A stretch of DNA of 64,000 bases, from NCBI GenBank assembly GCA_963736115.1, contig CAVTNR010000017.1, forward strand, positions 53,110 to 117,109. The letters are read 5' to 3'. Every line of letters begins with the position of its first letter. Position 1 is the first letter of the stretch. Positions 17,123 to 26,547 of this stretch are shown here, piece by piece. The notes beneath the pieces were generated by a model. It was given only the letters and a program-made list of their open reading frames with translations, was not told where the DNA came from and ran no database searches. This stretch comes from an uncultured bacterium. Its GTDB lineage: Bacteria > Zhuqueibacterota > QNDG01 > DTFT01. The position numbers were made by a program, and so were the translations under genes.

Positions 17123-20115
17123 TTCGTATCGCCAGCCGGCTGCGGCCCCTCCATGGCAGAGGGACACCTCTCATACAGGCGTCTCTTTTCGCGGCTGCAT
17201 GCATCCTGTCTCTTCACCAAAGCCTGTCCGGCCAGCCTTCTGTGCTTTACAATCATCCCGAACTTGAATGGCAAACGGCCGAGTCCGCGCATTTTTACGT
17301 TCATTTCCACGAAGGAACGGAACGCACGGCCCGGGCCGCGCTCGAAACCGCGGAACGCGTGTACGGTCCGCTCACCGCGCTGTACGGTTACGAGCCGGAC
17401 GGCCGTTTCCACCTCATCATCCGCGACCACGAGGATGATTCGAACGGCGGGGCTTATTACTACGACAATAAGGTCGAGATCTGGTGCTCGGCCATGGATT
17501 TCAGCCTGCGCGGCACGCATGCCTGGATCGACAATGTGGTCACCCATGAAATCGCGCACATGATCTCCCTTGGCGCGGCGCGCAAGGCGCCCCGACAGCT
17601 TCCGGCCGTGTACTTCCAGTATCTGGGCTATGAACGGGAAAAACGGCCGGACGTGATACACGGGTATCCCAACCGCATCATTTCCTACCCGGTTCTCGGA
17701 ACCGTGGTGCCGATGTGGTTCGCAGAGGGCATGGCGCAGTTCCACCGCCGGGGTTTCGGGTACGATGCCTGGGACACGCACCGTGACATGCTCCTGCGCA
17801 CCGCCGCGTTTGACAAGAGACTTCTGCCGCTCTCCGCGATGTCCGTTTTCGGAAAGAACAGCATTGGAAACGAGCGGGTGTACAACCAGGGCCTGGCTCT
17901 GACCTCCTGGATCGCGTTCCGGTACGGAGAGGACAGGCTCGGCGAGCTGGCCAGGGCCATGAAAAAGCCCCTGGCGTTCGACTTCTCGTCCGCTTCGAAG
18001 AAGGCGGTCGGACGCGACGCGGAGGACCTGGCCGGGGAGTGGAACTCCTGGGTGTCCGCCGGATACGCCGCGGGGCTTGAGGCTGTTCTCGCGGGAAAGG
18101 TCGAGGGACGGATCGCGGAGGCCGAAGGATCCGGGAATTTCACGCCGGCCTGGTCGCCGGACGGATCCGGACTCGCTTATGTTTCCAGCCGAGGCAAGGA
18201 TTACCTGTCCCAGACTGCGCTGGTGGTGCTCGAAGGAAACGCCTCCAAACCGAAACCGCTCGCGGCCGGCGCGGCGGCCGGCATCTCCTGGTCCCCGGAC
18301 GGACAACGGATCGCATTCTCCCGCAAGACGGCGGACCGGTCCGGTTCGCATTATTTCGATTGTTACACCGTGGACGTCCGCACGAAAAAAGAAAAAAGGA
18401 TCACGAAACGGCTCCGCTTCCGCCAGCCGGCCTGGTCTCCGGACGGAAGGCGCATCGCAGGCGTGGTCGAGAAAGACGGCACGTCCAACCTGCTGCTCGT
18501 ATCCGCTGACGGGAAGCATGTCCGGTCGGTCACCTCGTTCTCGAACGGGGAACAGATATTTGACCCCCGCTGGCTGGCGGGAGAAATCGTCTTTTCCATG
18601 GCCTCGCCGGGCTCCGGACGGGGCATCGCGGCTGTGGATACGGTTTCGGGAACGCTTCGCGCATTGATCGACTCGGACGCGGATGAACGCGATCCGAACC
18701 CCTCGCCGGACGGACGCTTCCTCTATTACGCCTCGGACCGCACCGGTATATTCAACCTGTACCGGCTGGAACCGGTCAGCGGACTTTCCGAACCCGTGAC
18801 CAATGTGACCGGCGGCGCGTTTTCACCCGCCGCGGCTCCGGACGGCCGCATCGCGTACGCGCTGTTCCGGACGGACGGTTTCAAGATCGCGGTGCTTGAT
18901 TCCGTCCGTGCCGTTGAAGACCGCGCGATGCGGTACACCTCACCCTACGATTCCATCCGGGCCTTCATGTCCGGGCCATTTGACTTTCCGGTTTCGGTGA
19001 AAACGGCCGGGGTGCCGGGCTTTTCGCCAAAGCCGTACGACCTGGCTTTTTCGAAACTTTCTTTCTACCCGGTCCTGCGCATGGATTATCCCGGACTGCT
19101 CAAGATCGGGGCCTACACCTTCGGCAGTGATTTTCTCGACCGGGTTTCGGTTTCCGGATTTTTCGCGGCGAACGGACGTTTCGACACGGACGCGTCCCTG
19201 ACGTTCCAGTACAGGCGTTTTTTTCCGACGCTCTTTGTCGAAGGGTATCGCGTCGGCCTGCATGAGCCGAAGGAGGACGCGGACTACCGGTTCGCCCTGC
19301 TCCAGGCCGATGTGGGCGCGGACTGGCCGCTCGCCGGTCACACGGGCCTGCGCACGGCCCTTCAAATCAGCCGGTACGACGCGGCCATGGAATTCATGGC
19401 CCAATCCGTCAAGGCCAAGATCCCCTATACCTACCACAAGGGAAGCGTCCTGCAGTTGCGCATGGAGCACGCGGCGCCGGTCCGGGCGGTACAGGACATC
19501 GCGCCCGTCCGCGGCCGGCGGTTGACGGTCGAGGTGGACGCGGCCTCGAACCGGTTCATGACCGGTTTTAACGCGAATTCCAATTACGGCTTCCTGACAG
19601 AGACGTACCGCAAGTACGATTACGTTCAGTTCCTAGCGGACTGGAGCGAAACCGTTCCGCTTCCGGCGCGGGACTGCGGCCTCGGGTGGCGCGTGCAAGC
19701 CGGCGCAATCGACCGGTCGGTGGACAGTTTCTACAACCTGTTCGGCGGCGGTCTCGACGGCATGCGCGGCTATTCCTTCTACAGCATCGAAGGCCGCAAG
19801 CTGCTGCGCCTCGGGCTCCGGCTGAGCTTCCCGATCCTGCCGCGGCTGAATACATCCGCGGCTTGGCTGCATTTCAGGGGATTGTACGGGACTGTGTACG
19901 CGGACGCGGGCGACGCCTGGAGCGGGGATTCTCCGGATTGGAAAAGAGATGCCGGGGCCCAGCTGAGGCTCGGCGCCTTCTCCTTCTACGGACTGCCCAC
20001 CGCGATTTTTTGCGACGCGGCCTACGGGTTCGACCGGATCACCCTACCCGGCGGGCATGAGGAAGGCCGGGCCTGGCGGTGGTATTTCGGTGTTCTGTTT
20101 GATTTCATGGATTGA
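17119..20115 (+). CDS. Gluzincin (peptidase MA-like) + PD40/TolB-like propeller + C-terminal beta-barrel protein
   Basis: THEIAH...WFAEGMAQ zinc motif. Repeated PAWSPDG. BamA-like GGLDGMRGY and DAGDAW. 4-nt overlap with the upstream gene. Confidence 0.8.
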   Translation: MIRIASRLRPLHGRGTPLIQASLFAAACILSLHQSLSGQPSVLYNHPELEWQTAESAHFYVHFHEGTERTARAALETAERVYGPLTALYGYEPDGRFHLIIRDHEDDSNGGAYYYDNKVEIWCSAMDFSLRGTHAWIDNVVTHEIAHMISLGAARKAPRQLPAVYFQYLGYEREKRPDVIHGYPNRIISYPVLGTVVPMWFAEGMAQFHRRGFGYDAWDTHRDMLLRTAAFDKRLLPLSAMSVFGKNSIGNERVYNQGLALTSWIAFRYGEDRLGELARAMKKPLAFDFSSASKKAVGRDAEDLAGEWNSWVSAGYAAGLEAVLAGKVEGRIAEAEGSGNFTPAWSPDGSGLAYVSSRGKDYLSQTALVVLEGNASKPKPLAAGAAAGISWSPDGQRIAFSRKTADRSGSHYFDCYTVDVRTKKEKRITKRLRFRQPAWSPDGRRIAGVVEKDGTSNLLLVSADGKHVRSVTSFSNGEQIFDPRWLAGEIVFSMASPGSGRGIAAVDTVSGTLRALIDSDADERDPNPSPDGRFLYYASDRTGIFNLYRLEPVSGLSEPVTNVTGGAFSPAAAPDGRIAYALFRTDGFKIAVLDSVRAVEDRAMRYTSPYDSIRAFMSGPFDFPVSVKTAGVPGFSPKPYDLAFSKLSFYPVLRMDYPGLLKIGAYTFGSDFLDRVSVSGFFAANGRFDTDASLTFQYRRFFPTLFVEGYRVGLHEPKEDADYRFALLQADVGADWPLAGHTGLRTALQISRYDAAMEFMAQSVKAKIPYTYHKGSVLQLRMEHAAPVRAVQDIAPVRGRRLTVEVDAASNRFMTGFNANSNYGFLTETYRKYDYVQFLADWSETVPLPARDCGLGWRVQAGAIDRSVDSFYNLFGGGLDGMRGYSFYSIEGRKLLRLGLRLSFPILPRLNTSAAWLHFRGLYGTVYADAGDAWSGDSPDWKRDAGAQLRLGAFSFYGLPTAIFCDAAYGFDRITLPGGHEEGRAWRWYFGVLFDFMD

Positions 20116-20138
20116 GTCTTTCAAGCGGGAGAAACGAA

Positions 20139-20900
20139 ATGACTGGAAGAATCATGATGACGCTGGCACTGGCCGGTCTTTGCCTTTCCGCCGCGCCGGA
20201 GACGGCCGCACAGGAGTCCGCATGGACACGGGCACGGATGTCCGCCTTTATGACCGCGGCAGACACGTCCGCTCCATCCGGGGATGCGGCTCTCGGTGCC
20301 CGGCCGGGACAGCGGCCCATGCGCAGTGCCAGGCTGGCCGGTTTTCTCTCCGCCGCGGTACCGGGCGCGGGACAGGCTTATGGCGGGTCCTGGATCAAAG
20401 CCGCCGCTTTTCTGGCCCTCGAAACCGCGGCCTGGATCGGATACAGCCATTACACGAACGAGGGCGATGCCATGCGGAAGGAGTTCCGGGCGTACGCGGA
20501 CGAACACTGGAGCCGGGAGCGTTGGCATGCCGCTTATGTCGAGGGACAGGATCCGAGCACGCACGCGCTTCCGGATTACAATACCCAGCAGTACTACGAG
20601 ATGATCGGAAAATACGATCAGTTCATGAAGGGCTGGGATGACTGGTCGCAGGGGGGGGCGAATCTGACGGAGAATCGCTATTATTATGAATCCAGGCGGC
20701 GCGAACACAATGAACAGCTGATCAATGCCTCCAAGTGCACCATGGCCGCACTCGGCAATCACCTGATTTCAGCCCTGGACGCGGCGTGGACGGTCCGCAG
20801 GGGAAACCGGAGCCTGTCCCTTCAGATCGCGCCCGGGTTTCGGACATCCTACGCCTCAGCGGAAGCGGTTCCCGCGCTGAACCTCCGGGCGGCGTGGTGA
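20139..20900 (+). CDS. DUF5683-like exported/membrane protein
   Basis: LSAAVPGAGQAY, QQYYEMIGKYDQF, NHLISALDA. Signal peptide from ATG 20139. Confidence 0.7.
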   Translation: MTGRIMMTLALAGLCLSAAPETAAQESAWTRARMSAFMTAADTSAPSGDAALGARPGQRPMRSARLAGFLSAAVPGAGQAYGGSWIKAAAFLALETAAWIGYSHYTNEGDAMRKEFRAYADEHWSRERWHAAYVEGQDPSTHALPDYNTQQYYEMIGKYDQFMKGWDDWSQGGANLTENRYYYESRRREHNEQLINASKCTMAALGNHLISALDAAWTVRRGNRSLSLQIAPGFRTSYASAEAVPALNLRAAW

Positions 20901-20906
20901 GGCTTG

Positions 20907-20939
20907 ATCCTCCCGGAGGCTCGAAGCCTCCGGGAGGAT
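20907..20939. repeat. Perfect intergenic palindrome (REP-like)
   Basis: ATCCTCCCGGAGGCT-CGA-AGCCTCCGGGAGGAT, 15-bp arms. Confidence 0.7.
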
Positions 20940-21011
20940 ACCGAAGGAAAAGTCCCCGAGAGGTTGAAGCCGGATCAAACAGATCACATCCATGACACGG
21001 AACATGATTTC

Positions 21012-21686
21012 ATGAAAAAATCATTGACGGTTCTGATTTCCTGCGCTCTCCTGCTGCATGCGTCGCCCCGCGTCGCCTCGGCCGCGGAGCCGGCCGCTCC
21101 GTCGCGGACAAAAGCCCTCGCTCTTTCCCTTGTCCTTCCCGGAGCGGGAGAGATCTATTCCGGTTCGCGACAATCGGCCGCGGTTTTCTTCGGCGCCGAG
21201 TGCGCTCTATGGGCGGTTTTCGCGGGATTCAGGGGATATGCCGGGTCGCGTCTGCAGGACTGCCGACTCTACTCGGCGGGCCACGCGGGAGCGGATCCCT
21301 GGGGCAAGGGACGGGACTTTCTGGTGGCGATGGAAAATTTCATGACGCTCGCGGATTACAACGAGGCCAAACTGAGGCAACGGGATCTGAATGCCGTGTA
21401 TCCGGAGGGCGGCGTGTATGAATGGAAGTGGGATTCGGACGCCTCCCGACGCAGGTTTGAGCGCATGCGCATCTCCGGCGACCGCGCAAACCGCGCCGCC
21501 CTTTTCACCGCGGGGGGGATTGCGTTGAACCACATTGTCAGCGGCATCAATGCCATGCGCATCGCGCGCAGGGCAGAAACCGCGGCCGCTCAAGGCGCAG
21601 TGTCGCCGACGGCAACGGACTGGCGCGTGTCCTTTGCCGGACTGCCGGACGGCGGCGGCGTGATCGGGGTGTCGATGCGGTTCTGA
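21012..21686 (+). CDS. DUF5683-like exported/membrane protein, related to the upstream gene
   Basis: LSLVLPGAGEIY, YEWKWDS, NHIVSGINA. Start at MKKSLTV. Confidence 0.7.
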   Translation: MKKSLTVLISCALLLHASPRVASAAEPAAPSRTKALALSLVLPGAGEIYSGSRQSAAVFFGAECALWAVFAGFRGYAGSRLQDCRLYSAGHAGADPWGKGRDFLVAMENFMTLADYNEAKLRQRDLNAVYPEGGVYEWKWDSDASRRRFERMRISGDRANRAALFTAGGIALNHIVSGINAMRIARRAETAAAQGAVSPTATDWRVSFAGLPDGGGVIGVSMRF

Positions 21687-21716
21687 TGGGAAAGCCGAAC
21701 CCCGGATAATCATGTC

Positions 21717-22719
21717 GGGAGTGCCGCGCCCCAACGCGGCTTTTTTTATATTCGATATGGCCACGGACCGCGCCGGGTGTGCACAAACGGGAACATCGCA
21801 CTTGGGAGTGCCGCTCCGGGAGTGCCGCGCCCCAGCGCGGCTAAATATCTAGTGATCTACCCAGCCGATTTTCGCAACCATCGGTTCATTTATGGGCTAC
21901 TTCATGCCGGCACTGCTCCAGGGCCAGTCTTCCCGCCTTAGGACCAGTCCGGCCTTCACAGGATTTTCCTCAATATAATCGACAACTGCAATTTTGTGAT
22001 TCTCATTCCCGATGAACCGGTCCCAGTAATCCCTCTGCCAGAATCCGCAATGTGCGACCTGCCCTTCCCGGGACCGCCGCGCCCCTGCGCGGCTGTCATG
22101 GCGCATGTCTTCAACCAATACCTGTGCGCGAATCCGTCTGGCTGTGAAGGACTTCCAGGAATTGATGATTTTCGATAAAGGGCAGGTCCCTGTCGTCTGG
22201 ATGAGGACATGGCAATGGTTCGGCATAACGACGAACGCAAGAAGACGGTATCTCTCGGGATCGAACCTTTTCCAGGTGTTGATCACGAGTCCAGCTGCGA
22301 TCGGTTTTTCGAGGATGCAGGAGCCGTATCCCGTGTCGAGAAATGCTTCGATGCGTCGACCGTGCTCCTTCGCTTTAGGAGCGCCTTTTAAATGCCTGAG
22401 TTCCTGTTCCACGTCACGGAACATGCGGACAGGAACCGCATCTGCGAGACGATAGGTGATGTGCTGAAGAACATGGGGTGCGTCGATATGAGGAAGGGAA
22501 CCGCGGAATTTTCGACCGTTGAGCATGGCCGCGCTGGTGCGCGGCCGTCCCACGGTGATTCTCCCTGTTGAGGAATCGTGGTTGCTTATGCTTCGGTCCC
22601 CCGGTTCATCCGCTGCATGGGATGAGAAGGGGGGCATGACAACTCCACAGAAAGGATGCCCGGTTTTTGATTGACTCTCGTATGACAGCCGCGCTGGTGC
22701 GCGGCGCTCCCGGAGCGGC
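21717..22719. repeat. REP cluster, consensus GGGAG(T/C)GCCGCGC(C/A)CCAGCGCGGCT, around and inside the RAYT gene
   Basis: Copies at 21717-21741(+), 21818-21842(+), 22070-22094(+), 22527-22551(-), 22687-22711(-); partial copy at 21804. Confidence 0.85.
21897..22637 (-). mobile_element. REP-associated tyrosine (Y1/HUH) transposase, RAYT
   Basis: HITYRLAD, VVMPNHCH (HUH), SWKSFT, FWQRDYWDR, YIEENPVKAGL, WPWSS. True start may be ATG 22526. Confidence 0.85.
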
Positions 22720-22785
22720 TATTGAAATTGCGGCATTAAAAGAACGGCATTCCCGGTTGTCCGCATCAGTGAATTCCTCCGGATC

Positions 22786-24471
22786 CTACCCGCACAGCCT
22801 CTTGTATTCGGCGGCGTTCCCCTCCACCACGGCTTTTTCGACAGCTTCCTTCCAGCGCTGAACGCGCGGGCTCTTGTCCGTCATGGATTCAATGATATTG
22901 GTGATGTCCGCCTTCTTTTTGACGGACAAAGACCTGAGCGACTCAAGCGTTGCGCGCAGGCGCCTCCGGTCCGCATCGGACAGAGCGACCGGCTGGGGAA
23001 TCGCGGGTTTGAGAATCGCCTCGGTCGGCTGCGCGGCCGTGGACCCGGAAGGCGCATCTGATCGGGGCAGGGTGAACCCGAATGACAGGCCGCCGCCGTC
23101 CGTCTCGACCCGTATGGTCCCGCCGTGCGCCTCCACGGCCAGCCTGCAGAAAGCCAGGTCCAGCGCGGTCCCCTCGCCGGTGCGTTCCGTGCCGAACATG
23201 CCGGCCCTGTCCCCGGGCGGCAGACCGTCGCTTGTCCCGTTCACCGAGGCCCGCACCCATTCATCCTCGCCCGAAATGGCCTTGACCCAAACCTCACCGC
23301 CGGACGGCGAGATCTCCGCCATGCGGATCAGCAGGGTCGAGAATACGCGCCGTATCCAGTCCGGATCGCCGATCACGTCCAGGTTTTTGACCACGTCGTT
23401 GTGCGCCCGGATTCCCCGTTCCGCGAAAAGTTTCTGCAAGCCATCGAGCGACTTTTCCGCGGCATCATGCAGGCTGACGATTTCCTCGGCTGTGGTGCGC
23501 CGTTTGTCCCGCAGCGAGGGCACGTCCAGGATGTCCTGCGCGCGGTCCAGGGCGCGGCCCGCGGCGGCGCGGGCGTCCCGGCCCCCGGGCGCGGACGCGG
23601 CTTCAAGCAGGGGCTTCAGCTCGCGCATGACCGCTTCCTGCACGGACTCGTTCATGCGCGTCGCGGACAGGAGTCTGGCTTCGGTGTTCTCCAGCCTGCG
23701 CAGAAGCCGGCGTTCGCGAGAGCGGCCGATCAGGAGAGCGACGATGAAGGCGCATGCGAACAGAAACGCCGTGATGCCGGCAATCAGGAAGCGGATGAAA
23801 TCCGGACGCATGCGGACGCTGTTTTCAGCGGCCGCCAGCCTCGACTCAAGGGCGTCGCGTTCGATCCGGTTCCGGGTTTCGATTTCCGACAAGCGGGCTC
23901 TTTCCGTTTCGGAACGCACGCTGTCCCGCAGTGCCTCGTAGCGGAGCTGAAATCCGAAAGCGGAACGGAAATCCGAGCGTGCAGCGGCGATCGAGGCCGC
24001 GGATTTCAGAGTTTCGGCGAGGAGGGCCCGGTCCGCCGATAATTCGGCTTCGGACAGAGCCTGTTGCATGAAATCCGAGGCGCGGTCCGATTCCCTGCGC
24101 ATCATGTGGCTCGAAGCCAGATGCGTCAGGATGGATATCCTGAGGGCGGGACCCGTGCTCTGTCCTCCCAGGGCCAGTGCCCGGCGGTCATACGCCAGGG
24201 CGGAATCGGCCAGGCGGAGGCGCAGAAAGGCGGCCGATATCGCGTCGCAGGCCGCGGCGGAGCGGACCGAATCGCCCGCGGCGAGGGAGAGGGCCAGCGC
24301 CTCGCGGCCCGCGGCCAGGCTCCTGGAGGGCGATTCCTCCAGGGTGCGGAAGGCCGTTTCCACAAGACGGTCCGCCGCGGCCGTGGTGGAATCAGGAGCG
24401 GCCGGCGATTGCGCGAAAAGCGGTAATGCAAACAATAAAAAAGCGAGACTTGTTTTAATCGGATTTTTCAT
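22786..24471 (-). CDS. TPR-like periplasmic domain + TM + degenerate histidine-kinase-like domain
   Basis: Signal peptide from MKNPIK, helical repeats, TM FLIAGITAFLFACAFIVALLI, AFCRLAVEAHGGTI. H, N and G boxes are degenerate. Confidence 0.7.
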   Translation of the reverse strand: MKNPIKTSLAFLLFALPLFAQSPAAPDSTTAAADRLVETAFRTLEESPSRSLAAGREALALSLAAGDSVRSAAACDAISAAFLRLRLADSALAYDRRALALGGQSTGPALRISILTHLASSHMMRRESDRASDFMQQALSEAELSADRALLAETLKSAASIAAARSDFRSAFGFQLRYEALRDSVRSETERARLSEIETRNRIERDALESRLAAAENSVRMRPDFIRFLIAGITAFLFACAFIVALLIGRSRERRLLRRLENTEARLLSATRMNESVQEAVMRELKPLLEAASAPGGRDARAAAGRALDRAQDILDVPSLRDKRRTTAEEIVSLHDAAEKSLDGLQKLFAERGIRAHNDVVKNLDVIGDPDWIRRVFSTLLIRMAEISPSGGEVWVKAISGEDEWVRASVNGTSDGLPPGDRAGMFGTERTGEGTALDLAFCRLAVEAHGGTIRVETDGGGLSFGFTLPRSDAPSGSTAAQPTEAILKPAIPQPVALSDADRRRLRATLESLRSLSVKKKADITNIIESMTDKSPRVQRWKEAVEKAVVEGNAAEYKRLCG

Positions 24472-24743
24472 GCGTCGGTTTCCGCGGTCCGGCCGGTCAG
24501 TCGGGCGGCCAGAAGCTTGGTCATTCTGGTTCCAGTTTTTCTGGATGATCGGAGATTGGGCTTGTGGCCGCTCCGACGGGTCTGATTCCCCGCCGCTTGC
24601 CTTCAACCAGAAAGCATATAATAGTTTGGTCCCGCGCAACGGGGCGGCGTCCATCATCCAAGTTTCTCGCGATACTCCGCTGCTTGTCTTCAATAATTCG
24701 TAAATAGAATAGCTTGATCCCGCGAAGCGGGCGGCGGGGTCCT

Positions 24744-25877
24744 TCATTTCAGCAGAAGCAGTTTTTTGGAACACGAGGAGGTCCGGCCCGCAGAGACGGC
24801 CTGTACCCGGTACGCGTATACGCCTGAAGGAAGCCCTTCTCCGGCGTCGTTCCTGCCGTCCCACGCGATCTGATGCGTTCCCTCCGCGTGAAAACCGCCT
24901 GTCAGGGACCGCACGCGGCGGCCCTTCATGTCGAAGACGTCGATGCGCACTTCGGAAGGGGATTGCAGGCGGTACTCGATCACAGTGCCGGCATTAAACG
25001 GGTTCGGAAAGTTCTGGCCGAGAATGAAGCCGGACGCCGAGCCGCCTGTCCCGTTCCCTTGCACGGATGTGACGGTCGGATCGATGAGCTCCACCTGGTC
25101 GAGAACGAAAGTCCCGGCCTGGGCCCCGACATTGAAGCGCAGATAGGCCGCGGGATCGTTGATTTCGCAGACGAATTCGAAGGGGCCGAAGAAATTGTCC
25201 TGGTCCACGGTCACGTCCTGCTGGAAATACACGGTATAGGGTTCCTTATTCTCCTGCAGGGTCACTTCAATGGTCCTGGCGGGCGTGGCACGGGCCATGA
25301 ATCCCAGTTCGTAGGTGCGGCCGCTCTGCAGGGCCACCGGATTCTGGAGCTGAATCTGCCAGTTGGCAGTGCCCGGCGTGGTGATGTTAATGACCGCAGC
25401 GGCGCCGACGGCCAGTCCGGTCGTGGTGTCCAGTGAGAACGCCGCGCGCGCCTCAGCCAGCCAGATGTTGAACGACCAGGGCCAGAGGCTGCAGCTGAAC
25501 TCGCCGTTGGCAAGAATGTTGCCGTCCGGCACGTCGCCCACTGAAATCACCACGGGCTCGGACATTGCGGTTCCACCCTGCTTGCCGTTCACAACCGCGG
25601 TCATCACGTACACGCCGGGCGGGACGTCGTTCCAGTTGAATTCGTACGGAGCCCGCGTGTCCGTGGCTGAGGCAATGCCGTTCCGGAAGAACTGGACATT
25701 CTGAACCTCCCCGCCGGATACCTGGACGTCTGCCTGGACGGGGATGTCGGAGCATTCCTCGAAATGCTGGCCATGAACCGGACTGGTGAAGGAAACCGAC
25801 AGGGTCTGGGCGCTGAGAACGGCCTGAACCAGGAAAAGGCCGGTCAGAAGCGCAATCTGGACTGATTTCTGTCTCAT
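24744..25877 (-). CDS. Secreted Ig-like + CBM4/9-like protein with T9SS/FlgD-type C-terminal domain
   Basis: D..APYEF.W (Ig), NILANGEF...WQIQL (CBM), LGQNFPNPFN...WDGRND.G..LPSGVY...KKLLLLK. Confidence 0.8.
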   Translation of the reverse strand: MRQKSVQIALLTGLFLVQAVLSAQTLSVSFTSPVHGQHFEECSDIPVQADVQVSGGEVQNVQFFRNGIASATDTRAPYEFNWNDVPPGVYVMTAVVNGKQGGTAMSEPVVISVGDVPDGNILANGEFSCSLWPWSFNIWLAEARAAFSLDTTTGLAVGAAAVINITTPGTANWQIQLQNPVALQSGRTYELGFMARATPARTIEVTLQENKEPYTVYFQQDVTVDQDNFFGPFEFVCEINDPAAYLRFNVGAQAGTFVLDQVELIDPTVTSVQGNGTGGSASGFILGQNFPNPFNAGTVIEYRLQSPSEVRIDVFDMKGRRVRSLTGGFHAEGTHQIAWDGRNDAGEGLPSGVYAYRVQAVSAGRTSSCSKKLLLLK

Positions 25878-26024
25878 GGGGGCCTCCAATGCTTGTTCTT
25901 TATGAATTTAATAAAGAGACTGGAGAAATGAAAACGATTTTTTACAGGCGGGACATAAAAAACCCGACTCCGGAGTCGGCCCCGGGGTCGGATGATCCTG
26001 TCACTGGCCGCCTTGTCAAGCGGA

Positions 26025-26390
26025 CTATTGCCGGGTTTGTCTCCTCCCGGAAGAATCGGGTTCGGATCCACCGGATATATTTTTTTCTTCACGTGATATT
26101 CTTCTGTCAGCGTCCGGCCGGGTGCTTTCGTCTTTCGAAGACGCGGGATCATGACGGTCGAACGGCCGTTTCGGTTCAGGCGGCGGCGGATCCTGCGCAG
26201 AAAGCGGCGGAAGAAAATGATTATTAATGATGATGACCGGAGGCGGCGACGGCGGAATCGGAGGAGGCGGAGGTCCCCCGCCAGCAGGCGGATCCGGGGA
26301 GGCGATTGGCAGAACCGTGAAGCATCCGTTGCAGAGTAAAGCGATCGGGACCATGATCGCGATTGTCTTCCGGTATTCCGATTTCAGCAT
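26025..26390 (-). CDS. Small Pro-rich putative lipoprotein
   Basis: MLKSEYRKTIAIMVPIALLCNGC lipobox-like sequence, poly-Pro tract, GGGAGG RBS. Confidence 0.55.
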   Translation of the reverse strand: MLKSEYRKTIAIMVPIALLCNGCFTVLPIASPDPPAGGGPPPPPIPPSPPPVIIINNHFLPPLSAQDPPPPEPKRPFDRHDPASSKDESTRPDADRRISREEKNISGGSEPDSSGRRQTRQ

Positions 26391-26547
26391 GACAGGCCTC
26401 CCTTCCCGATTTTGAGTTTGTCGCCCCGGTTTTCCTTCTGATCGGCTGTATCCCGCGATCATGTCCCGTTTTTTTCAGGACCGGACCGCCGCTTCAGAGG
26501 ATGAAGGAGGCGGCGATCCGGTTGGAGGCGTTCCGCTCTTGCTGGTT

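Noticed and set aside
24472-24864. N-terminal extension of ORF 22786..24864
   Set aside because: It overlaps the upstream gene and crosses intergenic repeats; the signal peptide begins at ATG 24471.
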